A DNA stretch of 64,000 bases from Somniosus microcephalus (Eukaryota), in NCBI GenBank assembly GCA_052327205.1, contig JBMRGM010000035.1, positions 56,916,001 to 56,980,000 on the forward strand, given 5' to 3'. Both the position numbers and the translations under genes were made by a program. Each line of letters starts with the position of its first letter. Position 1 is the stretch's first letter. Shown here piece after piece: positions 1 to 11,746 of this stretch. The notes under the pieces are model-generated. The model was not told where the DNA came from. It made no database searches and worked only from the letters and a program-made list of their open reading frames with translations.

Positions 1-197
1 CCCGAGCAGCAGAGGAAATTATATGAAGTTCAATGTTCAGCATCGCGATGCTGGAGAGATAAGTGTCCCGAATCAGGGAGAGATTTTCTGATACCGCTGC
101 TGAATTTCGTTGATGTCAAACAGTCCCTGAACTCACTGCAGGAATTCAGATCTGGTGACCGCCTGTGAAATCAGCCTAAGAACTAAAATAACACAAC

Positions 198-270
198 TGT
201 CCAACGTGGGGCTCGAGCCCACGAGCCTGAGATTAAGAGTTTCATGCTCGACCGAAGGAGCAAGTCGGGC
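198..270 (-). tRNA. tRNA-Lys(CTT), degenerate, probable pseudogene
   Basis: Reverse complement GCCCGACTTGCTCCTTCGGTCGAGCATGAAACTCTTAATCTCAGGCTCGTGGGCTCGAGCCCCACGTTGGACA aligns to the vertebrate Lys-CTT consensus, with substitutions in the A and B boxes. Confidence 0.85.
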
Positions 271-595
271 CCACACCCACATTCACCCTCTCTGTCTGTT
301 AATGCTGAGCGACAGCTGTTGGCTCCGCCCCAGGAGCCCATCTTGTTCTGCAAGCCATGAACCAGCTTCCTCTCAATTCCCAGGTTTATCAGTAAACTGA
401 CCCACACAAGCCCGAGAGGGCGATGGATTCCTCTCACTGATCGATAATTAAACTCAGATTTTCTGCTTTTTTCACCTTCCAAACATTCACATCCATTTTC
501 TCAGTATTTATTTCGCTTTCCTTTTTATTCTGTTCGTGCTTCTCTTTATAAACATTTCATTGCAATTATTTATGAGAGGGAAGAAATGAACAGAA

Positions 596-1022
596 AATAT
601 TTACTGGAATGGTTCCAGGGATGAGGGACTTCAGTTATGTGGAGAGCCTGGAGAAGCTGGGGTTGTTTACAGCAGAGACGGCTAAGAGGAGATTTGACAG
701 AGGTGTTCAAAATCATGAACGGTTTTGACATCGTAAATAAGGAGAAACTGTTTCCAGTGGCAGAAGGGTCGGTAATGAGAAACCAGAAATTGAACCTCAT
801 TGGTAAATGAACCAGAGGCGACATAAGGGACCATTGTTTCATACGGCGAGTTGTTGTGATCTGGAATGCACTGCCCGAAAGGATGGTGGAAGCAGATTCA
901 AGAATAACTTTCAAAAGGAAATTGGATTAATACTGGATGGGAAATCTTTACATGGCTGTATAAAAATATCAGGGTATTGGAACTAATGGAGAGTTCTAAC
1001 AAAGAGGCAGCACAGGCGCGAT
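596..1022 (+). mobile_element. CR1 LINE 3' fragment
   Basis: CR1 ORF2 C-terminal/3'UTR sequence (ATGGTTCCAGGGATGAGGGACTTCAGTTATGTGGAGAG...TGGAATGCACTGCCCGAAAGGATGGTGGAAGCAG). Confidence 0.85.
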
Positions 1023-1024
1023 GG

Positions 1025-1480
1025 AAAGTCCCAGGTTTAATTTCTGCCTGCACTGAGATCAATGATCTCACCCAGTGTGCTGCCGGGCTCTACAGAAAGT
1101 AGGAAGTGCCGAGGTTCCTACACTGGCCTGTGCTTCATCAGCTGATCTCACCCGGCATGATATTGAGCCGCACAAAGCAGGATGGGCCCAGGCTTCATCA
1201 CCGGCCTGTGGTGTGTTAGATCACCTCATGATGTGTGCTACTGAGCCATCCAATTCAGTAAACTCTCTGTATACATCCCCGGTTTGTGCTGAGTTAGCAG
1301 ATATCACCCGGTGTGGTACTGAGCATCATACAGAGCAGGATGGGCCCAGGATCGTTGCATGGCTTGTGGTGTGTTTGCTGATCTTATTTGGTGAGTTACT
1401 GAGCCTAAAGAACAGTGGAGGTCCAGGCTTCATCTCTGGTCTAAGCTGAATTATCTAAGCTGAATTCTCTGATCCCACCT
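1025..1480 (+). repeat. Degenerate ~79-bp tandem repeat (5-6 units) resembling a tRNA-derived SINE head
   Basis: GATCTCACCC-like motif recurs at about 1064, 1144, 1222, 1300 and 1380; each unit has GGTACTGAGC...CCCAGG(T/C)T..ATC..GGTCTGTGCTGAG. Confidence 0.6.
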
Positions 1481-1499
1481 GCTGGCTGGACCTCTGTTG

Positions 1500-3260
1500 G
1501 GCATATCTGCGTCCTTGTAGCAACAGTCCGAGTTAAAGGTCATGGTGTGTGCAAGAGTTGTTCAGGTCTTTGTAGAAACTTCCTGGGCCTGTGTAAGATC
1601 TTACTGGGTCTGTGGTTGAGCTACCTGTGTCTGTGTAAGAGCTGTATATGTCAGGGTAGGAGCTGTCTGGGCCTGTATGTTATATCTGGGACTGTGTAAG
1701 AGCTGTCTGTTTCAGGGTAGGAGCTGTCAGGCTCTGTCTGTTATATCTGAGTGTGTGTAAGAGCTGTCTGTGTCAGGGTAGGAGCTATCTGGGTCTGCAT
1801 GTTTTATCTGAGTCTGTGTACGAGCTGTCTTTGTCAGGGTAGGAGCTGTCTGGGTCTGTATGTTAAATCTGGGTCTGTGTAAGAGCTGTATGTGTCAGGG
1901 TAGGAGCTGTCTGGATCTGTATATTATATCTGGGTTTGTGTAAGGGCTGCCTGTGTCAGGGTAGCAATTGTATGGCTCTGTATGTTATATCTGAGTCAGT
2001 GTAGGTTATTTCTAGGTTTGTGTAGGAGCAGCCAGGGTATACGAAGAAGCAGATGAAAGGCAATCAACCAGCAACATTAACTGTTTCTCTCTCCACAGAT
2101 TCTGCCAGACCTGCTCAGTATATCCAGCATTTACTGCTTTTATTTCAGATTTCCAGCATCAGCAGCATTTTGCTTTGATTTCTATGAAGAACATGTCTGG
2201 GCCCGTGTAGGAATGTCTGGGTCTGTGCAGGAGCTGCCTGAATTTGTGTATGAATGTCTGGGTCTGTTTAAGAGCTGTCTGGGTCGGTGTAGGAATGTCT
2301 AGGTCTATGCATGAGCTGTCTGGATTTGTGTATGAATGTCTGGATCTGTGTAGGATCTGTCTGGATCTGTGTAAGAATTTCCTGGGTCTGCGTAGGAGCT
2401 GTCTGGGTCTGTGTAGGAATGTCTGGGTCTGTGTAGGAGCTGGCTCGGTCTGCGTAGGAATGTCTGGGTCTCTGTAGGAGCAGTCTGGGTCTGCATAGGA
2501 ATGTCTGGGTACGTGTTGGAACATTCTGTGCCATTCTTGGAACATTCCGTGCCCGTGTATGAAGTGTCCATTTCAGTATACGGGCTCATGTGTAGGCGCT
2601 GGCTGTGTCATTGTAGGAATTATCTAGGTCTATGTAGGAGCGAAAGGATCGGTGCAGGAGTACTTGGATCTCTCCAGGTGCTCCCTGGATCAGGGCAGGA
2701 GCTATCTGGATCTGTGTAGGGAAGTCTGTGCCTGTGACGGTGCTCCCTGTGTCAGGGAAGTAGCTCCCTGGGTCTGTGTAGTTAAGTCTGTGCCTGCGAT
2801 GGTGCTCCCTGAATCAGGGTAGGTGCTGACTGGGTCTGTGTAGGAAGGTCTGTGCTTGTGATGGTGCTCCTGTGTCAGGTTAGGAGCTGTCTGGGTCTGT
2901 GTAGGGAAGTCCATGCCAGTGATGTTGCGCCCTGTGTCAAGATAGTTGCTGACTGGGTCTGTCTAGGAAAATATGTGCTTGTGATGGTGCTACCTGTATC
3001 AGGGTAGGAGCTGCCTGGGTCCGCTAGGAAAGTCTATGCCTTTGGTGATGCTCCCTGTTTCACTGTAGGAGCTGTCTGGGTCTGTGTAGGAAAGTCTGTG
3101 CCTTTGGTGGTTCTCGCTCTGTCAGGGTAGGAGCTGCCTGGGTCCATCTATGAAAGTCTGTGCCCGTGACGGTGCTCCCCATGTCAGTGTAGGTATAGTC
3201 TAGGTCTGAGTAAGCTTATTGTTCTGAATCGAAGCTGCCTGGGAGTACATAGGAACTGCT
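1500..3260. repeat. Compound minisatellite, 20/21-bp base unit (GGGTCTGTGTAGGAGCTGTCT) with 41- and 61-bp higher-order periods
   Basis: TCAGGGTAG recurs every 61 bp from 1651 to about 1956; 20/21-mers alternate at 2190-2500; a ~61-bp GATGGTGCTCCC variant occupies 2700-3200. Confidence 0.9.
2068..2180 (+). mobile_element. Penelope-like terminal (pLTR) fragment inserted in the minisatellite
   Basis: CTGTTTCTCTCTCCACAGATTCTGCCAGACCTGCTCAGTATATCCAGCATT matches the termini of the Penelope copies at 32.7 and 47.0 kb. Confidence 0.7.
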
Positions 3261-3874
3261 TTGATCTTTATAGACAGAAGAATCATCTGATGGGGCTGAG
3301 ATTTGGTCAGAAGGTCACAGCGTCTCCGTCCGCATCTGTGCTTTGTAAAGCACTTTTTTTAGGTTTGAATTTACAGATGGGTAAATTGATAACCAGGGGT
3401 GGTAGGAGCCTCAGCGCCCCCGGGTGAGACATGGATGAATCTGCCCAGGCCCGGTCCTGAATGTGCAAATGTGGCAGAAATCACGATGGCCGGGGGAGGA
3501 GATGGGCGGTGCTATGAACTGAAACCCCTGCCCAAAACAAAACTTGCCACAGTCACAGAACCGAATGGTCACTTCCGGGCAGTTGTTACATCACTTTCTG
3601 CCTCCATGTCTTCTCAATGCCTTTGCTGATACATTGTACAAATCTGAGGCACCGCGCCAAACTAGTGCAGAAACTCTGCTGCTGCTCTCGGGATGGGCAA
3701 CTGCTGCCTCGATACATTACCGTCCGAACAGCTCATTAATTGTCTGAGTGGAGCAGTGCGGCGGTTCAGAAGATGGTAGAGAAGGCAATGTCAGAGCTGT
3801 CTCAGTCTCAAGTGCTCTGCTTATCAAGAACGGCCTGATTACGGAAACGTTTTAAGTGTACTTGCTTCACTAGC

Positions 3875-3950
3875 GGCTCGTTGGTCTAGGGGCTTGATTC
3901 TCGCGTCGGATTGATGAGCATAGAATATGCGTGAGATCCCGGACGAGCCC
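3875..3950 (+). tRNA. tRNA-Pro(CGG) pseudogene with 17-nt intron and T-arm deletion
   Basis: GGCTCGTTGGTCTAGGGGCTTGATTCTCGC GT CGG A [TTGATGAGCATAGAATA] T GCGTGAG ATCCCGGACGAGCCC. Confidence 0.85.
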
Positions 3951-3989
3951 TCATTTTGCTCGCGACTTTTGACCTTGAATTCAAAACAA

Positions 3990-5570
3990 AGAAACATAGA
4001 AGATAGGAGCAGGTAGGCCATTCGGCCCCTCGAGCCTGCTCCGCCATTCAATGAGATCATGGCTGATCATCCAAAATCAGTACACTGTCCCTGCCTTCTC
4101 CCCATATCCCTTGATCCTTTTAGCCTTAAGAAATATATCTAAATCCTTCTTGAATATATTTAATGAATTGGCCTCAACTGCCTTCTGTGGTAGAGAATTC
4201 CACAGGTTCACCACTCTCTGGGTGAAGAAATTCCTCCTCATCTCTGTCCTAAATTGTTTACCCCTTATCCTTAGACTGTGACCCCTGGTTCTGGACTCGC
4301 CCGCCATCGGGAACATCCTTCCTGCCTCTAGTCTGTTAGAATTTTATAAGTTTCAATGAGATCCCCTCTCATTCTTCTAAACTCTAGCGAGTATAAACCC
4401 AATCGAACCAATCTCTCCTCATACGTCATTCCTGTCATCCCAGGTATCAGTCTGGTGAATCTTCGCTGCACTCCCTCAATGGCAAGAACATCCTTCCTCA
4501 GATAAGTCGACCAAAACTGCAGAAAATACTCAAGGTGTGGTCTCACCAAGGCCCTGTACAACTGCAGCAAGACATCGTTTTTCCTGTACTCGAATCCTCT
4601 CGCTACGAAGGCCAACATACCATTTTCCTTCTTAACCGCCTGCTGCACCTGCATGCTTACCTTCAGCGACTGGTGCACAAGGACATCCAGGTCTCGTTGC
4701 ACATCCCCTTCTCCCAATCTATTGCCGTTCAGATAATAATCTGCCTTCCTGTTTTTGCCACCATAGTGGATAACCTCGCAATTATCCACATTATACTGCA
4801 TCTGCCATACATCTGCCCAATCACCCAACCTGTCCAAATCGTACTGGAGTTTCTCAGCATCCTCCTCACAGCAGACACGCCCACCCAGCTTTGTGTCATC
4901 TGCAAACTTGGAGATATTACATCTAGTTCCCTCGACCAGATCATTAATATATATTGTGAATAGCTGGGGTCCTAGCACTGATCCCTGCGGTACCCCACTA
5001 GTCACTGCCTGGCACTCGGAAGAAGAGACGTTTATTCCAACTCTTTGCCTCCTGTCTGCCAACCAGTTCTCTATCCAAGTCAGTACCTTGCCCCCAATTC
5101 CATGTGCTTTAACTTTACACGCTAATCTCTTATGACAGACCTTATCGAAAGCTTTCTGAAAGTCCAAATACACCACATCCATTGGTTCTCCCTTATCTAC
5201 TCTACCAGTTTCATCATGGAAAAATTCCAGATTAGTCAATCACGATGAACCTTTTGTAAATTCATGTTGACTTTGTCCGATCCCATCACTGTTTTCCAAG
5301 TGCTCTGCTATTACGTCTTTTATAATGGACTCTAGCAGTTTCCCCACTACCGATGTCAGGCTGACCGGTCTATAATTCCCCGTTTTCTATCTACCACCTT
5401 TTTTGAATAGTGGGGTAAAATTAGCTACCCTCCAATGCATGGGAACTGTTCCAGAATCTATAGAATTTTGGAAGATGACCAGCAAAGCATCTACTATTTC
5501 TAGCACCACTTCCTTAAGTACCCTAGGATGTAGATTATCAGGCCCTGGGGATTTATCGGATTTCAATCCC
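3990..5570 (-). mobile_element. CR1 LINE, 5'-truncated (RT domain and 3' tail)
   Basis: ORFs 4328-5239 (DFQKAFDKV, PQGSVLGP, FADD) and 4077-4316; CTATGTTTC-type tail at about 3990. Confidence 0.95.
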
Positions 5571-5775
5571 TTTGAAATATTTGGAAAGATAAAAGAGAAG
5601 TTTCCAAATCTATCCAAGTGAATTTCAAGTGCTTTGGGAAGAGGGTCAGTGCAAATATTTTGGATCAGAGGCAATCTCTGCGGGCTACACTTTGTATCAA
5701 CGAGTTTTTTCGGGAAGTTGAATGCGATATTCACCCAGTTCTGGATTTTCATCTAACTGAAGTAGATAAATGAAC

Positions 5776-5985
5776 GAAAGACTTGCATTTATTGAGCGCC
5801 TTTTACCACCACCGTACGTCCCAAAGCACTTTGCAGCCAATGAAGTACTGTTGCCTATCCCTGTTGTAATGTAGGAAACGCGGCAGCCATTTTGCGCGCA
5901 GCAAGCTCCCACAAACAGCAATGTGATAATGACCAGTTCATCTGGTATTTGTTGTTATGTTGATTGAGGTATAAAAATTGGCCAG
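5776..5985 (-). mobile_element. SacSINE1-like DeuSINE, 3' part
   Basis: Matches the 3' half of the full copy at 51826-52293 (GCGCGCAGCAAGCTCCCACAAACAGCAATGTGATAATGACCAG). Confidence 0.85.
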
Positions 5986-6510
5986 AATGATTGATGTCCC
6001 AATTTTATTCAGTATACAGACAGTCATTAATATATATAATGATGGAGACTGGGAAGGACACCGTTTTCACACCTACCCGCAATGATCACATGATCCTTGA
6101 GGAAGGCCAATCAGCCCATTCTAATACAGCCCTCCAGAGCATCCCTAGTCTTCACCTCATTGTTTAATCCAGTTGTGTCCTAAATCATTCCGGGGCTTTC
6201 ACCACCACTGCTCTGCCTGGAGTCCATTCTAAGTGTTGATCATTCTCCTGATGTCAGTCCTAAAGTGTTCACTTTTACTTTTGAGGCTGTTTCTTCTTGC
6301 TATTTCTCCCACAATGTAATCTTGCATTCTTGTAGATCTCTGAAATACCATGTCGCAGATGCCTCCGTTCTAGTCTGAAGATTTCGATTTTAACTCCCAG
6401 CGGTCAGGGGTAAATTCCCTCCAGTCTATGTTTGTTCTATAGGATCGAGGCGTGTCTGGTACTGCTGCTCGCTCCTCTGGCCGCTGTGCAGTATTGCACC
6501 ACCTGCTCCC

Positions 6511-8077
6511 AATTCAATTCAATCGCTTTATTGGCATGACAAGTTACATCTTATGTTGACAAAGCATCGGAAAACATTCATGTTTGTTCACAAAAATACA
6601 GATCTATCCATACAGTGTATAAACAGATATATCCCTGAGTGTATAAATATACTTTCATATAATTTATATATACTCTTATCTTATCTTTAGTGGTTGTCCC
6701 TCTGTTTATGGCAAGCTGTAACATAGTGTGCCGCTAGTGTTATGCAACTTCTCTCTTCCCCTAGTAGGTATGGGAGTTTTTGGTCGTCATTCAATTTTCT
6801 GAATTCCGGGCATATTTTTGTAAATTTTGGGTAGAAATTCTCCCTTATGCCCTGATATTTTCTACAAGTTGTGAGGAAGTGCATCCCTGTCTCCACCATT
6901 CCCTGACTGCAGTGTGACCATATCCTGTCCTCTCTTGGTAGCCGGGTCTGTCTGTGTCTACCTTTTTCGATCGCCAGGCTATGTTCACTAAGTCTGTACA
7001 TTGTCAGGATTTTTCTCAGTTTGCTGTCCTTTACCATGGTCAGGTAATCAGCTATGTTGTATTGTCTGTTTAGGGCCAAGTAGCAATTGAGTTTGCTTTG
7101 GGTTTTTGTTGTTTCTGCCCAATATGTCAGATATTTTTCCTTTTGCTTAGCGACGATTGTGTTGGGTCGAATTCTTTGTGTTACGCTGTCACTGTCCTGG
7201 GGGGCTGGTTATTGTTAGTAGTGTTAGTAGTTACTTCACTGAGTCCCAGGACTAGTTCACTGAGGGTATTCTTCTTTATGGTCAGCTCTTGGCATTTCAG
7301 GGCGTCGTAGTGATAGCATTGGGGGTTGCTCATTTGTAGGTGATTCCAAAATTTGGTGGCTCTTTTTTGGATAGTGATTATTAATGGATATTGGCCTAGT
7401 TCCGCCGTGCATGCATTGTTTACTGTTTTCCTTTGAGTCCGGAGGATACTTTTACAGAATTCTGCATGTAGGATCTCAATTGGGTGTTTGTCCCATTTTG
7501 CAAATTCTTGTTGTGTTAGCGGTCCCCATACCTCACTGCCATAGAGTGCAATTGGTTCAATTACTGATTTGAAAATTTTTAGCCAAATGCTAATTGGGAT
7601 TTCTATTTAGATTGATTTTTTAATGGCATAGAAAGCCCTTCTTGCTTTCTCTTTCAGTTCATTCACAGCCAGTTGAAGTTTCCCGTAGAACTGATTTTTA
7701 AGCCCAAGTATGTGTAGTTAGTGGTTTGTTCAATTTTGGTTGTTCCTAGTGTGAAATTTATTTTGGGTCCCTGATGTCTGGATCTTTGCTGGAACACAAT
7801 GACTTTGGTTTTTTGGGGATTTATTGTCAGGGCCCAAGTCTGGCAGTATGACTCCAGCAGATCCAGGTTCTGCTGTAGACCCTCCTTAGTTGGTGACAGC
7901 AGAACCAGGTCGTCTGCATAGAGGAGGAATTTAACCTTGGATTCATATAGGGTGAGGCCGGGTGCTGTAGATTGTTCAAGTAGTTTTGCCAATTCATTTA
8001 TGTAAATATTAAAGAGTGTCAGTGAGATTGGCGAGCCCTGCGTCACTCCCCACCCCTGTGGGAAGTATTTTGTTTGT
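6511..8077 (-). mobile_element. RTEX-like non-LTR retrotransposon, 5'-truncated
   Basis: RT motifs GVTQG..S.TLFNIYINEL, LLYADD and YTYLG (7663-8060); C-terminal RLSEHSLAIEKGRH...HC...HFL..C domain (6687-7079); AATAAA followed by an (ATTGA)n tail at 6511-6532 on the minus strand. The clade call is from memory. Confidence 0.8.
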
Positions 8078-8279
8078 CTGCTGGCTGCTGCGCAGTACTG
8101 CTGTGTACGGCTGAAACTGGTACAACTTCGACTTCCTCTGCTTCTAGCTGTGCCAGAACTGGAAGAGGAGAATGAAGGGTGGGGAAGCGACCTTACAGAA
8201 TCGAAGGAGTGAAAATACGATGTTTTGATCCAGTCTGCTGACACCTAATGTAGGGTAAAGTTATCTGAGAAGGAAGAGA

Positions 8280-8812
8280 ACAGAATTCACGAACTTCGAG
8301 CGGGAGTAGTCCTTTCAACCTTCTACCTGATCCAACATTACATTAGATCATAGCTGATCTGCATCTCACCTACATTTTTCTGCCGATGCTCAATCTAACT
8401 CGATCCCCTTACCTAACAACAACGTGTCGATCTCAGTCTTGGAAGCAACAATTGACCCCCACGGACTTATCAGGGAGAGTGTTCCAGATTCCTACAAACC
8501 TTTATGTGAAAAGATGCTTTCGGATTTGAGTTTGAATGGAGCGGCTGTAGTTTTATTTTTTCCCCCTTGTACTTGATTCCCCAGTCAGAGGAACTAGTTT
8601 AACTCTATCTACCCAACAAACCTTTTAACACTTTAAACACCCATCAGCTCACCCATCAATCAACTAGATTCAAGAGAACAGAAGCCAAGTTTATACAATT
8701 AATCCTCATAATTTAACCCTGTAAGCCTCGGTATTAATCTGGAACTCTGCGCTGCACCACTCCAAGGGCAATATATCCTCCCTGCGTGCGGTGCCCAGAA
8801 CAGAACACAGCA
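8280..8812 (-). mobile_element. Old CR1 3' fragment
   Basis: Degenerate CR1 3' end (AGATCATAGCTGATCTG...CTGCACCACTCCAAGGGCAATATATCC...GGTGCCCAGAAC). Confidence 0.7.
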
Positions 8813-8814
8813 GA

Positions 8815-8952
8815 CCTGACTATTCCAATGCACGTCTGGCCGGCTTCCTATGTTCTATCCTTTGGGAAACTAAGGTAATCCTGATGGCCCGTGTCCTTAC
8901 TCGCACCAAGTCCTGTCCAACATTACCCTGTGCTTACTGACCTGGATTGGCA
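8815..8952 (+). mobile_element. L2-type LINE fragment
   Basis: GACTATTCCAATGCA...CGTGTCCTTACTCGCACCAAGTCC...CCTGTGCTTACTGACCTGGATTGG resembles the L2 ORF2 C-terminus (DYSNA...TPVL.DL.W). Confidence 0.5.
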
Positions 8953-9260
8953 GGGCAACAATTTCTGTGTGAATAACCTGGAGAATCGGATATTATAGGC
9001 ACGTGTGATGTTATTGAAACCCGTTGCGAACGAGGACTTTTTCATTTTGAGTCTAACTTTAGACAAACCAGAATCACTGAATGGCAGCTTATGATCAATT
9101 TTGATTATGGAGCCTGATATTGCTGGGAACTCGAATCATAATAATAATGCAATAAAGGCGTGCGTCATTATTATTACACAAATGTTGCAGCAAGCACGAG
9201 GCGAGATGGGTTGCACTGCACCATAAACTGATGGTTTTTCGCTACAAATGGGAACATATT

Positions 9261-9348
9261 GTGCTTGTCCGGGATTTATACATGACACCTCTCACATATC
9301 AATCAGTGAAACCCTTTAACGAGAATCAGACCACTAAAAGAACGAGCC
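9261..9348 (-). tRNA. tRNA-Pro pseudogene with 16-nt intron
   Basis: Reverse complement GGCTCGTTCTTTTAGTGGTCTGATTCTCGT TA AAG G [GTTTCACTGATTGATA] T GTGAGAGGTGTCATGTATAAATCCCGGACAAGCAC; length 88 = 72+16. Confidence 0.8.
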
Positions 9349-9489
9349 ACTGGGAACGTAGCCGTTCAGCCAGTGTAGAATGTATCGGCCACCAACACCC
9401 CATCAGCCGGCGTTTCAGACAGCTTGTGTCCATTCCATCTCGGTCTCTATTCGGTGAAAATTCCTCTCTGACCCAACTAGGTGAGCAGA

Positions 9490-9905
9490 TTTAATCCAGG
9501 AAATCACCCTGGCACTGTATTCCTCGCAGGACCGAGCTGTTGTACGAGGTGAATCTGCCCCAGCCAGAAACAAGTCCAGCTCTCGCTTGAAGAAATTCAG
9601 CGAATCGGCGTCCACTGCCCGAGCCGGCAGATTGTTCCAGAGTTCCACTATTCTCTGCGAAAAGAAACACCTCCAGACATCTGATCAAGATCTGGCCTTA
9701 TACAACTTAAAATTGTCACACTGGTCCTCCCTCAAATATTTAATTGGATGATACTCTTTATCATCTTGTAAACATCGATCAGATCAACCCTCAGTCTAGG
9801 CTTCTGTAAAGTGTCGACACGCAACTCGTTCAGCCGATCTTGACAACTAAGATGCTTTATACTGGGAATTTGTCTCGTGGTTCCCCTCGGCACCCTTTCC
9901 AAAGC
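9490..9905 (-). mobile_element. CR1-clade 3' fragment
   Basis: ORF 9415-9648 contains ELWNNLPARAVDADSLNFFKRELDLFL, a typical CR1 ORF2 end. Confidence 0.75.
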
Positions 9906-10450
9906 AGGTTGGCCTTTATCTCAAGAGGACTGAAATACTAAAGAGGAGGAAGGTATTCTCCAGTTTACAATGTTCTAGTTGGACCTCAGCTGGAATATTG
10001 TGTTCTGTTCTGGGCACGACATGCAGGAAGGATATATTGGCCTTGGCGTTTTGCAGTGCAGATTTACCAGATTTACACCGTGACTTACAATGGTAAATTA
10101 TGAGGATTGATTGTATAAATTTGCCTTCTGTTCTCGTGAGTTTAAACGATTGAGGAGTGATCGGATGGTGGTGTTTAACATATTAAATGGATTATTAGAG
10201 TAGATAGAGATAAACTATTTCCTCTGGTTGGGGAATTATAGACAAGGGTCATAGCCTCAAAATTAGAGCTGGGCAATTTAGAAATCAAATCCGAAAGCAA
10301 CTTTGCTCGCAAAGGTTTGTAGAAATCCAGAACTCTCTATCTGGAAAGGCTTTGAATGCTGGAGGTCAATTGTTGCTTCCAGGACTGAGATCTACGCGTT
10401 GTTGTTAGGTAAGGGAACCAAGATATATGGAGTGAAAGAAGAAAAATGGA
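9906..10450 (+). mobile_element. Old CR1 3' fragment
   Basis: Degenerate CR1 ORF2 end (CCTCAGCTGGAATATTGTGTTCTGTTCTGG...AAACTATTTCCTCTGGTTGGG). Confidence 0.7.
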
Positions 10451-10995
10451 AGAGAACTGCAGATCTTTTCTGTCCTAAAGCAAATTTCTTATCCAAGCTG
10501 CCTCTGACCCACCTATTCCATTCGCCTCAATTTTGTCACCTAGCCTTCTATGTGCTATTAATCAATAGCCTTCTGTAATTCCATGTTGACAACATCCATT
10601 GCATTCCCTTCATCAATCCTCCCTGTTACTTCATCAAAAAATGCAATTAGATTAAGCAATCATGGTCTGCCCTTTACAAATCCGTGCTGGCTCTCCTTAA
10701 TGAGCTTAAACCTCTCCAATTGCCCATTAATTTCAGACTTGATTATTGTTTCTAAAACTTTACCCACCACTGATGTTAAACTGACCGACCTGTAGTTGTT
10801 AGGCTTGTCCTTAGATGTTGTCTTGAAAAATGTTCTCACATTTGCCAGTATCCAATCCTGTTGCACAACCCTGCATCTGGGGAAGATTGGAAAATTATGG
10901 CAAGCACTTCCGCTATCTCGCCCCCAATTCCCTTAGCAACCTGACATGCAAGCCATCTGGACCAGGCGACGTATCCACTCTAAGAATACCCAGCC

Positions 10996-11218
10996 TGATG
11001 TAAAAAGACGAATGAGCTCTTGCTTTGAGTATAAAACAAGACTTTAATCAACTGTTTCGAAACCATGAGATTTCTAGATGCATCACCAGTTCCTGGTTAC
11101 AGAAACATCCTGAGCAAGCTGGGCCCACGGCCGAGTATTTATACTCCTTGGATGGCGCCACCAGCTGGCCGCCCAGTGTTACTTCATGCGTCGTTTCTTC
11201 ATGATGTGATTTATAACA
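10996..11218 (-). repeat. Gypsy 3' LTR
   Basis: Direct repeat of 15324-15549, roughly 90% identical by eye. Confidence 0.95.
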
Positions 11219-11746
11219 TTCTTCCTGCCTAAAAGATTTGGAAGTTCGATGACTTCCTTCTAATGGATTAGGCAGACCACGAATAGCCACAGTCTTTTAG
11301 ATCTTTGTTTATGGCTGGAAGGCACGTCTCCCCGGGCCATGTCTTGGTCCCTGGGTTGCTTGATCCGTACTGGTAGCTCGACAGGGTCCGTGCCGCTTTG
11401 ATCAACCTGAGGGAGACTGGGGAGATCGTGACTCCGGGTGAGGGTCCCCACAGGCACAGAACTGGCTTCAGCTTGGTTGATAGCTGGGAAATGACCAGCG
11501 TCCTGGCTTCGGGTGGCCATCCCATGGGGCGCGCTCGGCTCCCTTAGTTGATCCAGTGGAGTAGCTGGCAGATCTCTTGATATCACAGGTAGGGCTTCAT
11601 CTTCAAAGGAGCGCAGGGTGTCGGCATCATTACCGTGGTCCCTCTATCAGTTGGGTCCGTGGGACCAGCTGGACTGGGAGCCAGATCTCGGAGTGAAACG
11701 GTGGACTCCCGGCCATCAGGGTACCCGCACGCGAGCGTAAGTGGGA

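Noticed and set aside
2159-2914. Repetitive ORFs (TQTQT, YTDPD)
   Set aside because: Translation artefacts of the minisatellite, open in several frames on both strands
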